Positions 57,896-64,000 of a stretch of 64,000 nt of DNA are shown here, one piece after another. The translations under genes were made by a program, and so were the position numbers. The DNA comes from Candidatus Eiseniibacteriota bacterium (GTDB lineage: Bacteria; Orphanbacterota; Orphanbacteria; Orphanbacterales; Orphanbacteraceae). The DNA lies in contig JAJRWB010000041.1 in the NCBI GenBank assembly GCA_024276995.1, positions 91,015 to 155,014 of the forward strand. Direction: 5' to 3'. Under the pieces are notes generated by a model that did not search any database, had not been told where the DNA came from, and saw nothing but the letters and a program-made list of their open reading frames with translations. Within the stretch, counting starts at the first letter, position 1, and each line of letters begins with the position of its first letter.

Positions 57896-59400
57896 ACTAT
57901 CCCGATACCGCTCTCGTCGCCGATACACAGCTTCCCGCGCTGCAGGTCGTGATTCCCCTCCTGTCGGCGCCGCTGTGCGCGCTCGCGAGAAACCGGCGGG
58001 CGGCGTACGCCATCACCCTTCTCGCGAGCTGGAGTGCGCTCGTCATCGCGGTGCTTCTCCTCCTTCGCGTACATGCCCACGGCACGATCTCGTACGCCCT
58101 CGGCGGCTGGGCGCCGCCATGGGGAATCGAGTATCGCATCGATTACCTGAACGCCTTCGTGCTCGTACTTCTCTCCTCGATCGGCGCCATCGTGGCGGCT
58201 TACGCTCCGGCGAGCGTGGACAGCGAGATACCGCGGGACAGGCAGCCTCTCTTCTACTGCGCCTACATGCTCTGTCTCACCGGTGTTCTCGGCATCGCCG
58301 CGACGGGCGACGCGTTCAACGTGTTCGTCTTTCTCGAAGTGGCGGCGCTCTCTTCGTACATCCTGATCAGCCTCGGCAAAAGCCGGAAGGCGCTCAACGC
58401 GGCCTACCAGTACCTCGTCATGGGCACCATCGGCTCGACGTTCATCCTGATCGGTATCGGCTTTCTCTACATGATGACCGGCACGCTCAACATGGTCGAT
58501 CTCGCCGAACGGCTCGCCCCCGTGAGGACCACGCGGCCGGTACTCACGGCGTTCGCCTTCTTCACCGTCGGCGTAAGCATCAAGATGGCGCTCTTCCCCC
58601 TTCACCTTTGGTTGCCGAACGCCTACACCCGAGCCCCGTCGGTGGTCACCGCCTTTATCGCTTCCACGGGGACGAAGGTGGCGGTGTATATCATGATTCG
58701 CTTCATCTTCACCGTTTACGGCGTGCAGTTCGCTTTCGCGTCGACACCGGTGGCGGCCGCGCTCATATCACTTTCGCTCCTCGGGATTTTCTTCGCGTCC
58801 ACGGCGGCGATCTTCCAGAGAAATGTGAAAAGGATGCTCGCCTACTCGAGTATCGCCCAGATCGGTTACATGGTGCTCGGCATCAGCTTCGTCTCCGTCA
58901 ACGGGCTCACCGGGGGAATCGTGCACCTGTTCAACCATGCGCTGATGAAGGGCGCGCTCTTTCTCGCCGTCGGCTGCGTCATGCTTCGCATGAAAAGGAC
59001 GAAGCTCGAAGAGTTCCGCGGCCTCGGCTATCGAATGCCGGTCACCATGTTCGCTTTCACCATCGCGGGCCTGAGCATGATCGGCGTGCCGATGACGGTC
59101 GGTTTCGTGAGCAAGTGGTATCTCATCCTTGCGGCGCTCGAGAAGGGGTGGTGGCCGGTGGCGGCGCTCATCCTTCTCAGCTCTCTCCTCGCTGTCGTGT
59201 ACATCTGGCGTGTCATCGAGGTGGCATACTTCCAGAAGCCCCCCGAAGACGCGCCCCCGGTGACCGAGGCGCCGTTGTCGATGCTCATCCCACTTTGCGT
59301 GCTCACGGCGGCGACGATCTACTTCGGCATCTTCACCGGCGCCACAGCGGGGATCGCGCATCGCGCCGCGGAGATGCTCATGGCCGGAGGCGTCCATTGA
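57892..59400 (+). CDS. antiporter-like subunit, MrpD/NuoN/NuoL family (copy 1)
   Basis: GTGA-coupled start; proton-pumping antiporter fold motifs (VFLEVAALSSYILI, FNHALMKGALFLAVG). Confidence 0.8.
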   Translation: MNYPDTALVADTQLPALQVVIPLLSAPLCALARNRRAAYAITLLASWSALVIAVLLLLRVHAHGTISYALGGWAPPWGIEYRIDYLNAFVLVLLSSIGAIVAAYAPASVDSEIPRDRQPLFYCAYMLCLTGVLGIAATGDAFNVFVFLEVAALSSYILISLGKSRKALNAAYQYLVMGTIGSTFILIGIGFLYMMTGTLNMVDLAERLAPVRTTRPVLTAFAFFTVGVSIKMALFPLHLWLPNAYTRAPSVVTAFIASTGTKVAVYIMIRFIFTVYGVQFAFASTPVAAALISLSLLGIFFASTAAIFQRNVKRMLAYSSIAQIGYMVLGISFVSVNGLTGGIVHLFNHALMKGALFLAVGCVMLRMKRTKLEEFRGLGYRMPVTMFAFTIAGLSMIGVPMTVGFVSKWYLILAALEKGWWPVAALILLSSLLAVVYIWRVIEVAYFQKPPEDAPPVTEAPLSMLIPLCVLTAATIYFGIFTGATAGIAHRAAEMLMAGGVH

Positions 59401-60860
59401 GCGCCCAGACCGCCATGGTGATCGCTCCCCTCGTTCCCCTCGCCGGGGCGCTCGCCGTCTCGCTCCTCGGCAGGTGGCCGAACGTGCGCGAGGCGATCTC
59501 GCTCATTACCGGCGCAGCGCTCTTCTTTGTGGTGGTGACGCTCGTCCCGGTGATCGGCGCCGGCGTGCGCCCAGCGGCGCGGATCGTGGAAATCTTCCCC
59601 GGCGTTCCGTTCGCCTTCGACCTCGAGCCGCTCGGCATGCTCTTCGCCCTCGTGGCGTCGGGCCTGTGGATCGTGACGACCCTCTACTCGATCGGCTACA
59701 TGCGCGGCCATCACGAGGAGAACCAGACCCGCTTCTACGCCTGTTTCGCCGTGGCGATCGCCGCCGCGATTTCCGCCGCCTTTTCCGGCAACCTGCTCAC
59801 CCTCTTCATCTCGTACGAAGTGCTCACCCTCTCGACGTACCCCCTCGTCACCCACCACGGCACGGAAGAAGCGAAGAGGGCGGGCCGCGTCTACCTCGGC
59901 ATTCTCTTCAGCACGTCGATCTGCTTTCTTCTCTTCGCGATTCTCTGGACATGGCACCTTACCGGCACGCTCGACTTCCGTCCCGGCGGCATCCTCGCGG
60001 GGAAGGCCGATCCGACCACCCTCGGCGTCCTCCTCGCTCTCTTCGCCTTCGGCACCGGCAAGGCGGCGCTCATGCCGTTCCACCGTTGGCTCCCGGCGGC
60101 GATGGTGGCGCCCACGCCGGTGAGCGCCCTCCTCCACGCCGTAGCGGTGGTGAAAACGGGCGTGTTCACCGTCATGAAGATCGTGATCTATATCTTCGGC
60201 ATCGATCTCCTCTCGGCGAGCGCCATGAACGAGTGGCTGATCTACGCGGCGTGCTTCACCATTCTCGTCGCCTCCTTCGTGGCGATGACGAAGGACAACC
60301 TGAAGGCGCGGCTCGCCTACTCCACCATTAGCCAACTCTCGTACATCGTGCTCGGCGCGGCGCTCGCCACGAAGTCGAGCATCATCGGCGGGAGCATGCA
60401 CATCGCCATGCACGCCGTCGGCAAGATCACCCTCTTCTTCTGCGCCGGCGCGATCTTCGTGGCGAGCCACAAGAAAAACATCAGCGAAATGCGCGGCATC
60501 GGGCGGGCGATGCCGTTCACCATGTCGGCATTCCTTCTCGCTTCGCTCAGCGTGATCGGCCTTCCGCCGATGGGCGGGATGTGGAGCAAGTGGTTCCTCG
60601 GCCTCGGCGCGGTGGAGGCGAAGGAATGGATCCCCCTGGCGGTGCTCATGATCAGTTCGCTTCTCAACATCGCCTATCTCGTTCCCGTGGGGGTGCAGGC
60701 GTTCTTCCGGCCGCCCGACGGTTCGGCGCCGGACACCGGTCTCCACGAAGCGCCGATCCTCTGTGTCGTACCGCTTTGCATCACGGCGCTCGGTTGTATC
60801 GCGCTCTTTTTCTATGCCGGGCAGATCCACGACTTTCTTGCGCCCCTGGCGATGCCGTGA
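59397..60860 (+). CDS. antiporter-like subunit, MrpD/MrpA/NuoL-M family (copy 2)
   Basis: TTG start at 59397 overlapping upstream stop (or ATG at 59415); LFISYEVLTLSTYPLV, PTPVSALLHAVAVVKTG motifs. Confidence 0.8.
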   Translation: MSAQTAMVIAPLVPLAGALAVSLLGRWPNVREAISLITGAALFFVVVTLVPVIGAGVRPAARIVEIFPGVPFAFDLEPLGMLFALVASGLWIVTTLYSIGYMRGHHEENQTRFYACFAVAIAAAISAAFSGNLLTLFISYEVLTLSTYPLVTHHGTEEAKRAGRVYLGILFSTSICFLLFAILWTWHLTGTLDFRPGGILAGKADPTTLGVLLALFAFGTGKAALMPFHRWLPAAMVAPTPVSALLHAVAVVKTGVFTVMKIVIYIFGIDLLSASAMNEWLIYAACFTILVASFVAMTKDNLKARLAYSTISQLSYIVLGAALATKSSIIGGSMHIAMHAVGKITLFFCAGAIFVASHKKNISEMRGIGRAMPFTMSAFLLASLSVIGLPPMGGMWSKWFLGLGAVEAKEWIPLAVLMISSLLNIAYLVPVGVQAFFRPPDGSAPDTGLHEAPILCVVPLCITALGCIALFFYAGQIHDFLAPLAMP

Positions 60861-60868
60861 GGTAGAAG

Positions 60869-61129
60869 ATGAACGAAGAGAAGAAGCATATCTTCGATAA
60901 CCCGGCCAACGTGAAGAGGGTGGTCCGGACGCTCGTTGCGCTCTGCGCGGGGCTTTTCGCCTTCGACTTCTTCTATCACAGGCACACGGAGATCTCGCCC
61001 GAGAAGATCCCCGGCTTCTACGCGCTCTACGGCTTCGTGGCGTGCGTGATCCTCGTTCTCGCGGCGAAGGAGATGCGAAAACTCTTGATGCGAAAAGAAG
61101 ATTACTACGAGGGCGACGACGATGAGTAG
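60869..61129 (+). CDS. small membrane protein (86 aa, 1-2 TM, acidic C-terminal tail) between antiporter subunits
   Basis: TM segment VVRTLVALCAGLFAFDFFY...GFYALYGFVACVILVLAA; tail EGDDDE. Confidence 0.5.
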   Translation: MNEEKKHIFDNPANVKRVVRTLVALCAGLFAFDFFYHRHTEISPEKIPGFYALYGFVACVILVLAAKEMRKLLMRKEDYYEGDDDE

Positions 61130-62810
61130 TTTTCATCCCGCGCTGATCTTCTTCGTCGGGGCGATCCTCGTGGCGCTCGTGCGCGGCCGGCTGCAGGCGT
61201 TTCTCGCCGTGCTCATTCCGGTGGTGGGCGCGTGGAATATCCTCCACCTGCACGCCGGGATCGATTGGAACGTCACCCTCTTCTCCTATGCGCTCCACCC
61301 GATGCACGTCGACCGTTTGAGCCTCCTGTTCGGTTATCTCTTCCATCTCGCCGCGTTCATCGGGCTGATCTTCGCGTACCGGGCGGGAGACACCGTGCAG
61401 CGGGTGAGCGCGATTCTTTACGCGGGGAGCGCTATTGGCGCGGTATTCGCGGGCGACTTGATCACCCTTTTCATCTTCTGGGAACTGCTGGCGATCACGT
61501 CGGTCTTCCTCATCTGGGCGCGGCGCACGCCGCGGGCGATGCGTGCCGGGCTTCGCTACCTGGTCATCAACGTCGTCTCCGGCGTGCTCCTCCTTTCGGG
61601 CGCCATCGTCCACTACCACGACACCGGCTCGCTCGAGTTCGGCTACATCGGTCTCGGCTCTCTCGCGTCTTGGCTGATCTTCCTCGCCATCGGCATCAAG
61701 TGCGCCTGGCCGGGACTGCACAACTGGCTCACCGACGCCTACCCGGAGGCGACGCCGGCGGGCGCGGTTTTCTTGAGCGCCTTCACCACGAAGGTCGCTG
61801 TCTACGCCCTCGCCCGCGCCTTCCCCGGCACGGAGATGCTGATTTACATCGGCGCCGCGATGACGGCGTTTCCGATCTTCTTCGCGGTGATCGAGAACGA
61901 CCTGCGCCGCGTACTCAGCTACAGCATGATCAACCAGATCGGTTTCATGGTGTGCGGCATCGGGCTCGGCACGCAGCTCGCGCTGAACGGCGCCGTCGCC
62001 CACGCGTTCAACGACGTCCTCTTCAAGGGACTCCTCTTCATGTCGATGGGGGCGGTGCTCTATCGCACCGGGCGGATCAACGGTTCCGATCTCGGCGGCC
62101 TCTACAAGAGCATGCCGAAGACCGCCGGGCTTTGCATCGTGGGGGCGGCGTCGATCTCGGCGTTTCCGCTGTTCAGCGGTTTCGTCAGCAAGTCGATGGT
62201 GATGGCGGCGCTTCTCGAAGAGCACCACGTCGTTGTCTGGTTCGTCCTCCTCTTCGCGTCGGCGGGCGTGTTCCACCACGCGGGGATCAAGATCCCCTTC
62301 TTCGCCTTCTTCTCCCACGACGCGAAGATCCGCGTCAAGGAGGCGCCGCGCAGCATGCTGATCGCCATGGGAATCGGCGCGGCGCTTTGCATCTTCATCG
62401 GTTCGTACCCCAAAGCGCTCTACTCCCTTCTTCCCTACGGCGCCGATTACGCGCCGTACACGATCACCCATGTCCTCTCCCAGTGCCAGCTCCTCTTCTG
62501 GTCGGCGCTGGCGTTCACCTTCCTCAAGCTGACCGGCCTCTATCCGCCCGAACTGCGCTCGGTCAATCTCGACATCGAGTGGTTCTACCGCACCGCCGCG
62601 CCCGCCGTCGTGCGCGGCGCGGTCTATGCGGTGCGCGCAATGCGCGGCGCGGCGTCAGCGGCGAGTCTCGCCCTTCTCCACGGCATGATCGACTCCGCCC
62701 GCGTCACCTTCGGCCCCGGCGGGCGCCAGTCGAGGACGTGGCCCACCGGGACGATCGCCCTTCTGGCCGCGTTCCTCCTCGGCGTCTACCTGGTGCTCTT
62801 CTACTTCTAG
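61122..62810 (+). CDS. antiporter-like subunit, MrpD/NuoN-M family (copy 3)
   Basis: 8-nt overlap with the upstream gene; LFIFWELLAITSVFLIW, FNDVLFKGLLFMSMGAV motifs. Confidence 0.8.
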   Translation: MSSFHPALIFFVGAILVALVRGRLQAFLAVLIPVVGAWNILHLHAGIDWNVTLFSYALHPMHVDRLSLLFGYLFHLAAFIGLIFAYRAGDTVQRVSAILYAGSAIGAVFAGDLITLFIFWELLAITSVFLIWARRTPRAMRAGLRYLVINVVSGVLLLSGAIVHYHDTGSLEFGYIGLGSLASWLIFLAIGIKCAWPGLHNWLTDAYPEATPAGAVFLSAFTTKVAVYALARAFPGTEMLIYIGAAMTAFPIFFAVIENDLRRVLSYSMINQIGFMVCGIGLGTQLALNGAVAHAFNDVLFKGLLFMSMGAVLYRTGRINGSDLGGLYKSMPKTAGLCIVGAASISAFPLFSGFVSKSMVMAALLEEHHVVVWFVLLFASAGVFHHAGIKIPFFAFFSHDAKIRVKEAPRSMLIAMGIGAALCIFIGSYPKALYSLLPYGADYAPYTITHVLSQCQLLFWSALAFTFLKLTGLYPPELRSVNLDIEWFYRTAAPAVVRGAVYAVRAMRGAASAASLALLHGMIDSARVTFGPGGRQSRTWPTGTIALLAAFLLGVYLVLFYF

Positions 62811-62967
62811 AAATGCTTGACAAATGTGTAGTGGTATGTTAGCCTCCCGAAACACCTCCGCGCTTCCGGTGGCGGCGGGCCGCCCGGGCGCATTATCTTT
62901 CGATAGGGAGAAGGAAGAGGCTGTGATGAACGCCGGCCATCGCCGGCCAAGGGGAAATGGAGAGCCG

Positions 62968-63492
62968 ATGAACTGGAAAGAGTTTCTCGCGGACGAATTG
63001 GAGTACACGTACGCCGTGTCGGATAGTCTCATCGACAAGGTGGAGGAGAAAGACCTCTCGTGGAAGCCGGCGACGGGGAGCAACTGGATGACCACGGCAC
63101 AATTGCTCCAGCACATGACGAGCGCCTGCGGCGCCTGCTTCAAGGGGTTCGTGACCGGCGATTGGGGGATGCCCGAGGGGATGGATGCCTCCGACATGTC
63201 GGCGGAAGATATGCTCCCGAAGGCGGAGACGATGCCTGCGGCGTCGAGCGTCGCCGAGGCGAAGAAGCTTCTCGCCGAGGACAAACAGGTCGCGTTCGCC
63301 ATGCTCGAGCAGGTCACCGAGGAAGACCTGGAGAACAAGCCGGCGCCCGCGCCGTGGGACCCGTCGGAGACGAAGCTCGGGCCGCGTCTCAACGGGATGA
63401 TCGGCCACTTGGCGGCCCACAAGGGGCAGCTCTTCTACTACCTGAAGCTCCAGGGGAAGCCGGTCGACACCCACACACTCTGGGGGGCGTAG
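62968..63492 (+). CDS. DinB/YfiT-like (DinB_2 superfamily) four-helix-bundle protein
   Basis: MNWKEFLADELEYTYAVSDSLIDKV...LLQHMTSACGACF...GMIGHLAAHKGQLFYYL with His ligands typical of DinB_2; GGAGAG SD before ATG 62968 (alternative ATG at 62926). Confidence 0.6.
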   Translation: MNWKEFLADELEYTYAVSDSLIDKVEEKDLSWKPATGSNWMTTAQLLQHMTSACGACFKGFVTGDWGMPEGMDASDMSAEDMLPKAETMPAASSVAEAKKLLAEDKQVAFAMLEQVTEEDLENKPAPAPWDPSETKLGPRLNGMIGHLAAHKGQLFYYLKLQGKPVDTHTLWGA

Positions 63493-63597
63493 GAGCCGGG
63501 ACGGGGGGCGAAAACCCTTGCGCACCGGGCGATCTTTTCCTAATATGACTGGCGAGGCGCCCGGCGCTTCACCGAACCTGTTCAACCTGAATACGGT

Positions 63598-63672
63598 GCC
63601 GCTATCGTCTAGGGGTTAGGACGCCTGGTTCTCAGCCAGGTAACCGGGGTTCGAATCCCCGTAGCGGTACCA
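63598..63672 (+). tRNA. tRNA-Glu (anticodon CUC), CCA encoded
   Basis: Cloverleaf fits: acceptor GCCGCTA/TAGCGGT (G1-U72 wobble), D-stem GTCT/GGAC, anticodon stem CCTGG/CCAGG with loop TTCTCAG, 4-nt variable loop, T-arm CGGGG-TTCGAAT-CCCCG, discriminator A + CCA. Confidence 0.75.
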
Positions 63673-63683
63673 TTTCCATAAAG

Positions 63684-63714
63684 AGCCGCCGGTGATTCCG
63701 GCGGCTTTCTTTAT
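63684..63714 (+). terminator. rho-independent terminator after the tRNA
   Basis: AGCCGCCGG-tgattc-CGGCGGCT hairpin followed by TTCTTTATT. Confidence 0.7.
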
Positions 63715-63815
63715 TGTTATACGCAAAGGAATTTCGTATTGTGTCCCCGGAACTCGCAAAGGCTCCGAGGGCACTACGCGAGATCTCCAGGAAAGCCGGG
63801 TGCCTACTGCGCACG

Positions 63816-63918
63816 AATCTGAACACTGATTTCGATCCAATCTGAACGCCTATTTCGGGAATCTGAACACTGATTTCGCTCAATCTGAACGCTCATTTCG
63901 GTCAATCTGAACAGATGG
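63816..63918. repeat. five tandem ~22-bp direct repeats (consensus AATCTGAACRCTSATTTCGNN), iteron-like
   Basis: Copies start at 63816, 63839, 63860, 63882, 63904 (spacing 23/21/22/22); the last is truncated to AATCTGAACAGATGG. Confidence 0.8.
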
Positions 63919-64000
63919 CCGGGAGGCCGGTGCATTGTGTAGCCGGCCACGGGGAAAGACGCTGTTCGAGGGCGAAAACCGGTCCATCCTCTCGAGTGGG

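Noticed and set aside
59319-62471. 1050-aa minus-strand ORF
   Set aside because: Antisense to three conserved MrpD-like antiporter genes; translation is R/E/D-rich low complexity.
63632-63883. 83-aa minus-strand ORF overlapping the tRNA terminator and the repeat array
   Set aside because: Its translation just spells the iteron repeats (QIPEIGVQIGSKSV); no RBS; the region looks non-coding.

Overview
High-GC (~67%) bacterial chromosomal window, densely coding on both strands. A T9SS-type C-terminal sorting domain on a secreted M1 peptidase points to a T9SS-bearing lineage (FCB group, Gemmatimonadota or a related candidate phylum), though the exact organism cannot be determined. Contents, left to right: a TonB-dependent receptor (truncated at the window edge); a zwf-pgl-gnd pentose-phosphate operon; a repeat-containing lipoprotein with a PSCyt1-like C-terminal domain; a thiolase/3-hydroxyacyl-CoA dehydrogenase pair; a three-gene module (lipoprotein / peptidoglycan-binding + C39-like papain-fold peptidase / small protein); an orphan histidine kinase; ferredoxin-NADP reductase; glnS; a DtxR-HTH protein fused to two FeoA/SH3 domains and translationally coupled to feoB; two membrane-anchored alkaline-phosphatase-superfamily enzymes; citrate synthase; an archaeal-type HMG-CoA synthase/thiolase/DUF35 trio; a T9SS-sorted M1 aminopeptidase; a four-gene corrinoid methyltransferase cassette (MttB-family methyltransferase + MetH-type reactivation domain + B12-binding corrinoid protein + homocysteine S-methyltransferase domain); an ABC-transporter-dependent glycan biosynthesis cluster (GT4 x3, deacetylase, GT25-GT2 fusion, wzm/wzt, a radical SAM with an N-terminal SPASM-like region, PaaK-like ligase); a 10-gene Mrp/Mbh-like cation antiporter module with three NuoL/M/N-like subunits; and tRNA-Glu followed by a terminator and a 5x ~22-bp iteron-like repeat array at the window edge. 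The most interesting candidate for an undescribed system is the MttB-corrinoid-homocysteine methyltransferase cassette, which looks like a split methionine synthase with a quaternary-amine/methylamine donor module. Many long antisense ORFs in the track are GC-driven artefacts.
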